Source of the DNA: Carcharhinus amblyrhynchos | Lineage: Eukaryota | NCBI GenBank assembly: GCA_965287045.1 | Contig: OZ336881.1 | Coordinates: 45,694,001-45,758,000 of the forward strand | DNA length: 64,000 nucleotides | Direction: 5' to 3' | The notes under the pieces: model-generated | What the model saw: the letters and a program-made list of their open reading frames with translations, nothing else | What the model was told of the DNA's origin: nothing | The model's database searches: none | Program-made: the position numbers and the translations under genes | Shown here: piece by piece, positions 50,093 through 62,839 of the stretch | Layout of the letters: every line of letters begins with the position of its first letter | How positions within the stretch are numbered: the first letter of the stretch is position 1

Positions 50093-52689
50093 TTTAGAAG
50101 CTGACCTTAGCTATGGATTTGAACTGCACTGTTGTGATATGCCTTTAAGGGATATCAGCATCACAGCACTAGAATGGAAAGGTGTAATATGATCCAGCCT
50201 TAGTTTCAGTTTTGCTTTGAGCCAAGCACACACATAACCCTGTTTTCAAGCTGTAAACCTATATATAACTGTTCTCTCGTGTACCTAGTCTTAATATGTA
50301 AACCTACAATGTGTTTACACAATCACTTATGAATGATTTCTTGTACAATAAATAAGCCCAAGGTGTCATATCATTATAAGAACACAACATGGACTTACTG
50401 CTAGTAAACAAATCTGGTATATAGCGGGGAGGGTAAATCATGGAAATTAAATTATATAATATCCAGATTATACAGCAGTCGCGTATAAAAAGACTGAAGG
50501 CCATTAGCAAATGTAGAAAAACATTGAAGACAGGAGAGGCAAACATATCTTGTAAGTTAGTTTGTACCCTGTTCTGGCAGTTCATGTCCCAGAAAGTAGA
50601 CCAGCAAATCAGACAGAAAATATACAAAATCAATGCCATGGTCTGTGCAATAGGACGTAAGTGATCATTTAACATCTATAGCAGTTATTTTATTGAGGCA
50701 ATGGAATAAATTTTCAGCTGCACCATGTAATGGAAATAAAGCCAGTGGATTCTATAATATGCTGCCAATCTGCTCTCTCTTTGTTGCCCAACAGTAAAAT
50801 TGTACTTTATACATATACCTTTTTCCAGGCATTCACACTCTACTGCTGCTGCAAGCAAGCATGGAGAGTTTAGGCTCAATCAAATCTCCGTTCACTGCCG
50901 CAGAACTAGAGAATCCCGTTGGTGTGAATGGCCGGAAAACTCTGACCACTCTTCCTATATTATGAACATTGTTTTTGTTGTGTCCCACTCTTTCCACTTT
51001 AATCTTTGTGACAAAGCTGTTCATTGTCTCAGTCCTGTTTCAGTGCTGCCTTGACAAATACTCCATCTTCCTACCTTCGCAACCCTCTTTAAAATCCATG
51101 TCATTGATCATATCTTAGGTTAATTTCCCAAATTCCAAACATAAGTGGAACACATATCGATTTTCCTTCAATATTTAAATCCAATTTGTTGCAGTTTATT
51201 TCCAAGCCTTTCTGAATTAATAGTTAGAGTGAAGGTTGTTCCTGTAATATTTGAATTGCAATCACTCGTTCATATTCCTGTGTATGTCCTACACAATCAC
51301 TATGGTTCATATTGAAAAATTTCTCATTCTTTGAAATTTATAATATCTTAACATTTAAGCAATTTGGTGACAATTTTCAATTACTTTGAAGAAACAATTA
51401 TAACAATAGCTCCTTCTATCATTTCTGAAGAATGGGGCAACAGTTGGTAAATATTTTTATATTTTTGCAAAAATTCTAAATGTGCTGCCAATCAGTGAAA
51501 TTAACTTTTCATTTGGGGTGCATTGACACATTTTTAGTTTTAGACCTGAGGTTCAGTGAAGGTCTTTCACATCGTCTTCGTCAGCTGGTCACCTTCAAAA
51601 TGCATCTAGCATGAATTTCAATGCTCAGAGAGCAAAGTTCTGCTCTTTGTGCTGTGAGACATTTATCTTTTCAACCATTGGGAAATAACCTCTGCACAAT
51701 TGTATAGATAAGCATGTTTTGAATTCTCTCTTTAGGTAATAGGAATCTCAACTAAGCAAGATACCATGCAGTGAATAAGATATTGTCTCAGGAACCCATA
51801 CTGCAACTACTGATCTTTTTGAGAATGAGGTTATAATGCAATTGAAGGTTTAATGCTCTGATCATCTACCAAATAGTTATTACCGTGACAAATACTATTC
51901 TCCCCTTTTGCAGTCACACTGACCCCAATATTATTCCTGAGATAGGGAGAAGCAGATATGTAGTTTTGAGGTTTGGAAACCTGGAAAAATCATTTTTCAT
52001 CAGATTCTGTTGACTATAACTGCAGGACTGATTCATTTTTATTTCTTTTTTTGGTGTTTGCCAGTCGGATTAAGAGACTGGTTGGCTGTTAGGCGAATAG
52101 GCTTTGGCATTCTGACTTCAATTGGGAAGTGAAAAGAAAGGTGAGGGGGACCAGAGGCCGAGCAGTGGGAGTAGACCTTAGGACGTATTGAGAAGGCTTG
52201 CTAGTGGAGGAGTTAGTAGTCCTTGGGGTGGGTATCACAGGTGTTTGGATGTAACAGGTAAAATAAATTCAGCAAATAAGTTGAAATGAAAAGTGAATTG
52301 TTCCAAGGATTTTCTGTTAGAAAATATTTGTTCAATGGGCTCAAAATTTAAAGTAAAAACTTCACAGACTAACTACAGTGTTATTTAGCTGATGGGTGTT
52401 GTCTTATATAGAGTAGCTTTGTTGCATTTTATCACCCACAGAACGGATATTTTCCATAGCTACCTGTGGTAAAGGTAGAAATTGGCCTTTATTTTGAGCA
52501 CATGATCCTTGGCCTGCCCATTATGGTTCAAAAGGAGGTAGGAATTTTTGAAGCCTTGTCTCACTAAAATGATTGCCTTATGGGGTTGAGCCAATTCCGC
52601 ACCACTGTCCTCCTCATGATGCTGCCATCAGCTTTGGCATTCAGCATGGGGCTGAGCACTGTTGTGATAGTACGTGGTGCAGGAAGCAC

Positions 52690-53720
52690 TCCCTTTTTAA
52701 ATGTGTATTCTCCATGAAAGGAAAGCTGCAGCCATGAACAGAAGGCTATTGGGAATAGAGAACTGTGCAGTGATTCATTTTTGCAGGAAGAATATGGAGA
52801 GATGGTATAAAATAAAGGGAGAAGCTCTAATGGAGGTGCAGGAATGGAGAAACCTTTGGTGTGTGTATAAGTCATTGAAAATAGCTGAACATGTTGAGAG
52901 ATCGGTTAATGCAGCATATAAGCTTAGGGGATTGTGTATTAAAGTAAGAAGTCATGTTGAATTTGTACATAGCACTGGTTAGGCCTCATTTGGAGCATTG
53001 CGTCCAGTTCTGGGTGCCATAATTGAGGAAGGATGTGAAGGCAATGGATAGAGTACTGAGGAGATTGACAAGAATGATTTCAGCAATAAAGAACTGTAGC
53101 TATGTTTAATAAATTGAGGATGATGCAATGTGGGCCAAAGTAACAAGGGATTTATTGCCAACGGTAAATAATATTTACAACAAAGGTCAGACCAAATAAA
53201 CTATATACAACTCTTCTCCCAAGCTCCAACTGCAGGATATGCAACTTTGCTCCCGATTGTTTCAGATTCCCACCTCAACAGTCCATAGAGTCTGGTTTGA
53301 TCTTGAGGCCCTCTGGGAACTCCCCTTTAATGGGGCCACGCTACCAAGTTATGAGAATAAATTGAAGAATAAATTGTTTTCCTTGAAGCAAAGAAGATGA
53401 GAAGAGACTAGATAGAGATATTTAAGATCCTGAGAGATATGGAAGGTTAAATTGTGAGTATCTGTTCCCTCTCAAGATAGCATCATTAACTAGAGGGCAC
53501 TGGTTCAAAATAATTGGCAGAAAGAGTATAAGTGATGTGAGGAAACAAAAACCCACCGAGAAGATGATTGGAGTCTGAAACAAACTTCCTGAGCGGGTAA
53601 TGGAGGCAGATTCGACCAAGATATTAAAAAATGAATTAGATTGCTGTCTAGAAAAAAGAGAATGTGCAAGGTTACAGGGATAAGTTAGGAGAGTGGAACA
53701 ATAGGTAGAATAGAGCTAAC
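52690..53720 (+). mobile_element. Old CR1 LINE RT fragment with an internal insertion
   Basis: LYIALVRPHLEHCVQFW at about 52962 and CR1 3' motifs at 53400-53700. Confidence 0.75.
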
Positions 53721-54059
53721 GCAGACCTCCCATCATTTGTGCTATTTGATGCACCACATCAGCATCACTCATCCAGCAGTGCCCCCAGTACTGAGGATCC
53801 ACGCCAGATTTTCACATGCTTGTCTACACAGCCGTGTGATGCCTCACATGAATACTGTTAACCACTTTGACAGACCTTCAGTTATGGCAGGCACATCACC
53901 GAAGCACAGTGCTACACAATCACACAATCTGTCTTGCAAAAGAAGATTACCTTTAACACTAAAGAGAGCCAGAGAATTTGCTGAGAGCCAGCACAACTGT
54001 ATCCACTGAGCCCCCTTGGTGAGGTGGTACACTGCATCATGAGACCAGCAGCAACAGTT

Positions 54060-54362
54060 TATGTTTTTAAGTTTATTTATTGATGTCACAAGTAGGCTTA
54101 CATTAACACTGCAGAAAAGCCACTGTGAAAATCCCCTAGCTGCTACGTTCCAGCGCTTATTCAGGTACACAGAGAATTTAGCATGGTCAATGCACCTAAC
54201 CAGCACATCTTTTGGACTCTGGGAGGAAACTGGAGCACCTAGAGGAACTCATGCAGACATAGGGAGAATGTGTAGATTCCACACAAACAGTGACCCAAGC
54301 TGGAAATTGAACCCAGGTCACTAGCGCTGTGAGGCAGCAGTGCTAACCACTGTGCCGCTGTG
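54060..54362 (-). mobile_element. tRNA-derived SINE (aataaa-tail subfamily)
   Basis: Reverse complement of the 3512/20915 type. Confidence 0.85.
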
Positions 54363-54971
54363 CACATCTGATGCTGGCAAGGCCATCCAGAATGATGGCA
54401 ATTGATTGGCTTATGGTTCTTTCCCACTCAGTCCTCACCCGCATTCTGAGGCATGGCATGAAGTGAAAGCTACAGATGTTCTGACCATGGACATCCTGCT
54501 TTCTCCATCCACCATCTGAAGTCTCAGTGCAATAAGGATGAAAAACAAGAGCAACCCCACACCAATGATGAGGAAGTATCGTCACTTGATCTGATCGCTG
54601 CTGCTGCTGCTGCTAATACTAAAACTCTGCAAAGTTTAGGGAATTGTGTAGAGACAGAATCAGCATGTAATGAGTCAGGCATGAGTGAACTACAGTCAGG
54701 TGGATCATGTTCCAGCTCATAAAGAGAGAAGTCGCAAATGGGTTCTGCTGCAGGGGACTCCGATCAGGTAGCCCACAGGAGAATGCTGGTTATGGTGCAC
54801 ACTGAGATGCTTGTCCATTGGTAGGCCTGTAAGAAAACTTCTATTGTTAAGGAGCATGCAAGAGTCCAGCTCCAATATGGCAAGTGGCATTGTACAAGCT
54901 TGGACAACATCCTTTCTTGTGTAGGAGTAGAGGCCAACTCCAAAACATTGCTGGATAATTGTATATTATAT

Positions 54972-55070
54972 ACCCTGAATTTTACTGGCACGCCCATAGA
55001 ACGGAATTCTCCATTGGCCTTGGGCGGGATTTTACGAGCCTTGCCCAAGCGAGGTTGTAAAATCCTGGCC
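54972..55070. mobile_element. Harbinger-type MITE of about 100 bp with an internal hairpin
   Basis: ggattttacgagccttg...cgaggttgtaaaatcc inverted repeat. Confidence 0.55.
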
Positions 55071-56295
55071 ATTCTGTCTGGCCTTTATCTTCACTTGTAT
55101 TGCAGAATAGGCAGAAGCCTCCAAACATGATCATATCTCCCGACTTTCATGCTACTCAATAGACCACATCAATATCACTCATCCAGCAGTACTCTCTGGT
55201 ACTGAGGACCCAAGCCAGATTTTTACATACTCCATAATCTGGAGTGGATACTGCAGTGGAACTCAGATGGAGGCCATGAAATCCATGCCTTGTTGTGACC
55301 AAAACTCAGACTGCTGTCATAATGGGTGCAGACCTCAGTGCTCAATGAGGCAAGCAGGTTCTTGCAACAGCCCAGCAGATTATTATGATTGCTGAGGTGC
55401 CACCCTTTTGGAGAGTGGTAGTAGCAGCAGCAATGGGGAACATACCTCTTTCAGGATGATAGTATTCATCCTCCCGCCAGTGTCACTCTGCAAGTACCTT
55501 TACTGTAACCTCAGCCAGCCAGCCAAGAGTGCTGCAGACTATGCTGAGTCCATGAAGCCAATGTTAGACCCTTCAGGCTGAGAGTTGCTTGAGGACATCC
55601 TGAAAGGTTACCTGCAGTGTCTCTCAATGAATTGCAGCAGTTTCCTACCGGTCATCATACAGCCACAGGAGTTGTACCACACTAGAGAATGAGGACAGGC
55701 AAGGGCACCCGCAAAACAGGGATGCAAGGTGAGCTCTGTACTAATGAATTTCACAAGGGTGAATAGCTCATTGTTATTTGTGTTTGGATGTGTTGTTGGA
55801 TAAAGATTTTGTGATAGTATTTGTTGGTGTATTTTGTGGTAACATTGGCTCAAGGAGTGTCAATGCAGGGGATTCTGGAATGGTTCTGATGGTGGGGAAT
55901 GGCAGTTCAATCTTGGGAGGTGAAAATTGTTTCATTAGAAACACATCTCACAACTGATGCTTTTACAGTGTGTAGTTACGTGGTTTCTATGCTGCCTCCT
56001 CGCTTGCTCCTACTGGTCCCTCTCTTCCTGTCAGCGATATCTCAGGTTCACTGAAGAGAATGGCTACACTCTGATAAGGGCATGCCCTTAAAATGGGCAG
56101 ATTGTAGAGAACTTAGAATTGAGATCATCTCAGACTTGGGTACCCTCGCTGGTGCATGCCACCATCATTCCCCCAAGAGATCAAGACAGTGGAAGAGTTC
56201 ATTCAGGAACTTGATTGCCTGACCCATGATGTTGATAATGGCTCCCTTGCTTTCATTATCGGCCTGTTCCACTTAAGTTGTGGGCTGTCCATTAA

Positions 56296-56645
56296 GTTTT
56301 GACGGGTATAGACAGAGTGAATGCAAGCAGGCTTTTTCCACTGAGGCTAGGGGAGAAAAAAACCAGAGGGCATGGGTTAAGGGTGAAAGGAGAAAAGTTT
56401 AAAGGGAATATTAGGGGGGGCTTCTTCACGCAGAGTGTGGTGGGAGTGTGGAATGAGCTGCCGAATAAAGTGGTAAATGCGGGGTCACTTTTAACATTTA
56501 AGAAAAACTTGGGACGAGTTCATGGATGAGAGGGGTGTGGAGGGATATGGGCAAAGTGCAGGTCAGTGGGACTAGGCAAAAATGGTTTGGCACAGAAAAA
56601 GGCCAAAAGGCCTGTTTCTGAGCTGTAATTTTCTATGGTTCTATG
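56296..56645 (+). mobile_element. CR1 LINE 3' fragment
   Basis: ORF 56299-56529: TRGHGLRVKGEKFKGNIRGGFFTQSVVGVWNELP. Confidence 0.9.
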
Positions 56646-57379
56646 TCAGAAGGAGTTTTGAGCCACATGCAGTGATAGGCTTTGTACATGTTCAGTCAAC
56701 CTCTGGCTCTTAGAGGCCTGAATGTATGGGAAGAGCACACTATAGCAGGATGAAGCATAACAGGAAATCACTGAGGTGAAGGTCTTTGTGTTGTTGCACT
56801 CCAACTGCAAATTGATTCTGTGGTATTTCTTGCAATTTCTTTCACCCTTTCCATTGACATGGCAGCCTGCAAATGGACTTACCGATAGCTGCTGCTACCC
56901 TGGTGAAGCCCCATGACCTTTCATGCTATCTTTTCTCCTGAGGTGCCAAAGGAATGAAGTCCCCTCATTTGGCATAAGTGTCCTCCATAATCTACCAAAT
57001 GATTCAGTGTGCTTCATGCTGAGATGGTTGGGGTGTGGAATGCACTGCCTGCCTTGATAATGGAATCAGACACTTTCAAGCAGTTATTGGATAGGTACAT
57101 GGAACACACCAGAATGATAGGGAATAGGATAGCTTGATCTTGGATTTAGACATAGCTTGGCACAACATCGAGGGCCAAAGGGCCTATAACGTGCTGTAAT
57201 GTCCTATGTTCTATATGTTTTCAATGTCACCCACTCCCTGCCTGAAGTGACCCAGATCATAAAAAATGAGGACAGTGGTGGCTTCAGATCCACTGATAGA
57301 GCCATCCTCACATTGCTGTGAAGCCCTGGGTCACTATTTCTTAATCATTTCGGGCTTTACTCCTAGCTCTTGCAAATAG

Positions 57380-57625
57380 AGATGTAGAAAACTGGAGCAT
57401 GAGTAGGCCATTTGGCCCCTTGAACGTGCTCCGCCATTCAGTTTGATCATGGCTGATCTATCTCAACAACATACTCTCTCTCTCCCCCATATTCCTTAAC
57501 ATCACTGGTGTTTAGAAATCTATCTAATTCGTTACTAAATGTATTAAGTGACTTGGCCTCTGCAACTTTCTGTGGTGGAGAATTCTTCAAGTTCATCACC
57601 TTCTGAATGAAATGAAGAGAAACTT
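57380..57625 (-). mobile_element. CR1 LINE 3' fragment
   Basis: HFIQKVMNLKNSPPQKVAEAKSLNTF in ORF 57447-57737. Confidence 0.75.
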
Positions 57626-58599
57626 CTTCATCCAGATATTTAGAAAACCCATGATCTTTGATAGAGAGCCATCCTCCTCTTATAACAAAGCTTCTCAAAG
57701 CCTCCCCTGCTCCAATTCCTGGTTTTTCTCCAGACAAGAAGCACTACAACAACCTGGGTCAAATACTCCTCTATCTTTCTTGAATGTTCCCAGTTAAATC
57801 CAAAAGAAATCTGTAACAGCCCAATACTCCTAGAAGGCAAAAAAAAAGTTTGGAACTATGTTATTATTTTCATGTTTCACAGGTGTTCCGTTTTAAAATG
57901 TACAAGACCAGTATTTTTATTTCCCTGTTTACTGTTATTTTTCCCTTCTGGTCAGTGTTTTTACCAACTCTACTTAAAAGCAAAGATGCATGAATAGTAT
58001 CTGACATGCAATTTGTTGAGTGTGCCTTTAAATAACCATAGTAAAGTGCCCACCTTGCATCTCTGTTTGTGTGCAGAAGAACAAATCTATTGGCCAAATT
58101 AAGGATTCTAGGGTCACGTTTGGCTGTAAAATGTCAGAATAACATTGCCACATGCTTCTGGAGCACAATAGAGCACGTGGGCATGGTTCCTAACAGGTTC
58201 AGCTGTGTTTGCTGCAGCAGAACCAGCAATTGGCTCTTCTGGCCCATGAAAAGTAGTACTGGGTCTCTCTATCATACCTCAAGTGGTGCTACACAAGGCA
58301 ATTCAATATCCTGAATGTTCTTTGTGCGCAGTTGCAATTAATTGTTGTGAAGTATTTAATGGAATGAAAAGCAAACAAATTGTCTGGACTTGTTGGCCTA
58401 CACAGGATTTTTTTAAAAAAGGAATACAATCTAGGTAGAGGAAGCAGTGATTTTTGATCTTCCAGATTCTAGAATGTTCCCAGTGGATATGAAGGCACTA
58501 AATGTAACACCATTATTTGGGAAAAGATGGAAAGAGACCTGTCAACCTGATTTTTAACCAGAAAACTGTTATCTGAATTTTGGATCACCTATAATGATG

Positions 58600-61500
58600 T
58601 GTAGTAACTTGGCTCCACCAGTTATGAATAAACTATTAAAGTTCATTAACAACAGCCATTTACAGGGTGACGCAGATTCAGATGTTTCCTGTCACGTCTC
58701 TATGATCTAACTGAGCAAAAGCCCACTCTCTGCTCGGGTGTTCCCATGCGCTAGTTACTGATTGAATGAGCAGGTCACTTGACCATCCAGAAAATCACAC
58801 CTTAAAGGGGCTAGCTGCTACATTCCTTCATCTCTTCTGTTCCTTAATAGTTGTTGTTGTATAGTTGTTGCATACTTGACAACATGACACCTACTATATC
58901 CTGTAAGCTAAAAGGAACTGAGCTTTTGTTTTCCAAAGATGCAACTGACTGTTTCTTTAAGCCAGCCTAAGTCTTGATTGCCCACTCAGCCGGTCCATTG
59001 GATGAGGGACAATACTGTGTAGTCACCGTGTAATAAGTTTTATCTCATTGAAAGAAATAAAACTTTGAAATTTGACCCTTGTGAAAGATGTTCCTTTATA
59101 CTTCAGGTACTCCTGTGAATGAGAACCATTGGCAAACTTCTTGACTGTGGAATGTGCTGTTGTGGAATTCACCTCCATTTATATGGAATGGGCATCATGC
59201 CCAAAAATGGTCCAACATAATCTATGTGGACTCAAACCTATGGTTGACCTGGCTATTCCAAAGAGTGCAATGGGGCTGTAGCAGACAATGTCTGCTGTAA
59301 CTGGCACTGTTTGCAGTACTTCACCAGTCTTTCAATATCACCATTGATGTCTGGACCTCAGAACGTAATTTCTGAAAAGCATCTTCATTTTTGAAGTGCC
59401 CGAATGGGCACTATTTCACTCTGCAAGAAGCAATCCCCTTCATGGCACAGGGATGATTACTCTTGCTCCCCATATACTGATGCCATCCTCTCAGCTTAGC
59501 TTGTCTTTCCTAATGTGGTATGGCTTCATGTCTTGGGATTTCATCTCATTCTGCCAAACTAATATTTTGTGTCTTATATTTGATAACAGCAAGTCTCTGC
59601 TGGTCCAAAATTTTACTTGCTGTGTTAACACTGACAAGTTGTGTCTAGGAAGTTATGATTTATTATGGTATGGGGGTGCAGGAGTTGCATGCCTCTGGCA
59701 GTAGACAACTAAGGGCATCAGCTATTGTGTCCCTGGTCGGTGTTTAAATGTGTATTCGTAGATCGTTGAGATCAATGGCCAGCACCGAATCCTGGTCAAA
59801 GTACAAAGAACAAAATCAGCCTGGGAAACAGGCCCTTCGGCCCAACGAGCCCGCGCCACCATCTCAACACCACCAGTCCACCTCTCTATTCATGACCCCT
59901 ATCTAATGTTTTATGGCCATCCAGATTGAGGGAAACTGATTTAGGGACAATTTATTCCTGCCAATCAGCCTAACAGCACATCTTTGGGGTATATAAACCA
60001 GAGCACCCGGAGAAAACCCACGCAAGCACGCAAACTCCCACAGACACCGGCCCAAATCCATGTGTCTGCACAGCAATCAGCGATAGTCACTGAGCTGTCG
60101 TCTTGCCCAGTATCTTGTCCAGTTTAGGCACACACTAACGACATGAAGCACTAGGCCAATCTCGAACAACCAAGAGCAGCCCCAGTACGACCCATCGCCT
60201 GTATGCCCCTCGTTGGACACGAGGTGGACCGACTTAAAACCTGTGAATGAAAGAGAAAAAAAAACATTATTATCATACTATACCCATTTACATTACCAGG
60301 GATGCCCCAATGCTAATGATCCTTATTTAAAAGGTTCTCCTATAACCACCCATCTCCAACTCAGTCATATGCCTGTCTAAGTTACTCTTAAAGGACTCTA
60401 GCGTGTTTGCCTCCACCATCTTACTTGGCAGAGCATTCCATACCCCCACTACCCTCTGTGTGAAAAACCTCCCTCTAATATCTGTGTTATACTGCTCCCC
60501 CCTCACCTTAAGTCCATGGCCCCTTGTCCAATGTGTCTCTATTATAGGAAATAGCTTACCTCTGTTTACTCTTATCTATACCCTTCATAATCTTATATAC
60601 CTCTATTAGATCCCCCCTCAGTCTGTGTCTTTCAAGGGAAAAGAGCCCCAATTTCTTCAATCTTTCCTCATACCCCAGTCCTTCCATACCAGGCAACATC
60701 CTGGTAAACCTCCTCTGCACTCTCTCCAGAGTCTCCACATCCTTCCGGTAGTAAGGCGACCAGAACTGTACGCAGTACTCCAAATGCGGCCGAACCAACG
60801 TTCTGTACAACTACAACATTAGACTCCAGCTCTTATATTCTATACCCCTTCCTATAAAGGCTAACATACCATAGGCTTTCTTCACCACACTCTCCACTTG
60901 CACTGCCACCTTCAAAGACTTGTACACTTGCACCCCCAGGTCTCACTGCGACTCTATACTCCTTACGGGCTTACCCTTTATCATATAACTTCCCCCTACA
61001 TTATTCCGGCCAAAATGCATCACCTCACATTTATCCGGATTAAACTCCATTTGCCACGTATCTGCCCAATCAACCAGCCTATCAATATCCCTCTGTATTG
61101 CCAGACACTGCTCCTTACTGCCCGCCAATCCAGCCATCTTGGTGTCATCAGCAAATTTGCTGATCACACCACCTACTCCCTCTACCAAATCATTTATATA
61201 CACTTGTCCTCCTTGAAAAGATCCAACTGTAACCTGTAGTCTGTTACAAAAGTAAAATGTCTTCTGTAATTATACTTGTGGAATCTTCTAATGTCTCACA
61301 CAACAGTCAGCCCTATTTTCCTATTTGTGAATTATCTTTTCTCAGTTCCTGAACGTGTTCATGACATGTATGCAATTAACCTCTCAGACCCACCATCCAT
61401 TCTGTGCAATAAATCTGCCTCAATAACATATGGGGGGGGCAGGGGGCGGGTGCATCATACATCCGCACTTGCTTCTTGGATGGGTCAAAATGTACCAGTA

Positions 61501-62174
61501 GGGAAGATGAATGTAAGAGGTGCTTGACCTTATCTTCAGTGACATGTGAAAAGGAGCCCAGAGTGTTGACAGATTTGGAAGGGAACACCCATATTTGACC
61601 ATCCCCAGGAATGATTTAAGCATTTTTCAGGGCCATGCCTCCTCCGTCGCCCTAACCTTATCCTCCGTAGGTTGCAATCCATGGGCATCCACACAACAGC
61701 CAATGTAAGTTACTTCACTAGCTTGAAAAGTTTCCTTATTTAAGCAAACTGCTACCTCCTGAACATTCTTGGTACTTCTAGGTTAATCAAGAGTTGTTCT
61801 TCAGTTGCAGTAGTAATCAATAAGTCATCCAAATATATAACAACATGTGGCAAGCCCTGTAATAAAGTTTCCATGTTTTTTTTAAATATAGCTCACTCGC
61901 TGCTTTATTTTTTACCTCTTTGCCAAATGTAATAACTTGACTCCACCAGTTATGAATGTGAACTGTGAAAACCTATTCACAACAACAACTATTTGCAGGA
62001 TGATACAGATTCAATTACTTCCCATAATGCCTTTATATCTAACTGAGCAAAAGCCCATTTGATGCCCGGTCTGACCAAGTCTGCTCAGATGATCCTTCAT
62101 GCTAGTTACTAATTGGATAAGTGGGTCATATGACTTTCTAGAAGATCACCTCTTAAAGGGGTTAGCTATACACA
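58600..62174 (-). mobile_element. Gypsy LTR retrotransposon with both LTRs, gag/protease deleted, CR1 nested inside
   Basis: Direct repeats 58600-58822 and 61928-62174 (TG...CA). PBS-like tggcaaagagg at about 61915-61925 on the minus strand, and a purine tract next to the other LTR. RT LLQGLPHVVIYLDDLLI (about 61820-61870); integrase RVHIDYVGPFLG (about 59200-59235) and DIERLVKYCKQCQ. Confidence 0.88.
59800..61200 (-). mobile_element. Relatively young CR1 LINE RT 3' part with extended 3' UTR, inserted in the Gypsy element
   Basis: YINDL..ISKFADDTK..WQMEFNPDKCEVMHFG and [33 protein letters not shown]. Confidence 0.93.
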
Positions 62175-62839
62175 AGGTATAAGGAGAAGACTCCTGTTTG
62201 GCTAATCCAAATCCCAGTGCTGCACTCAAGTAGGTAATTTGTTGCTCTGATAGCTCAATCCTGCTCAGTTGCATGATGCAGCTGTTACAGCTCCTGTTCC
62301 TACTCTGCTGATCTCTCATACGCAGTCCTACAGTTTCCCATTTTATCCCTTCTTCCTTTATTTAGATAATGGGGATATGCTTGACAGCATAACCTAATCT
62401 GAGGTTGATTGACAAATGTTCTTGTGACATAGTTGGATATTTCTCTACAGAAGAGCTCTTGGGCCTAAAGATTGTGTGATATAACATTTACCCAGCTGAT
62501 TCAGCACTCTATAGCCCAAGTCTTAGCTGGAGCAGTGAAAGAGAGTTAAGAGTTGGACACACATCTCAAAAGAAATCTATCACCTAAATTGGTTACTAAG
62601 TCATCTCATTAGCAAAATTATCAATAGCTGTGAGCATTCATTGTGAACCTCTGAGGCCAGTTTGGAAAGTGATGGTGTGTTCCTCCAAGAAAATCAAAGC
62701 TGGGTGCAGTAAGTTACAAAATTAATTACACCATATGTCATACCTTCGCAGTTTAGCCCAAGAGCCCTTTTATTGAGAAACATCCAACCACTTTGCAAAT
62801 ACATTTATTACACAACATCAGATTAGATTAAAACATACC

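Larger units (their letters stand above)
53730..57340. mobile_element. Older Harbinger fossil (transposase on minus strand, about 55900-57340) interrupted by a SINE, a MITE and CR1 pieces
   Basis: Minus-strand ALSVDLK/ATTVLIFYDLGHFRQGVGDI and ARVP..DD-like remnants. Internal duplication atcactcatccagcagt..gtactgagga at about 53764 and 55174. Confidence 0.5.

Noticed and set aside
54598-54614. Short (GCT)n run
   Set aside because: Ordinary microsatellite inside a transposon remnant.
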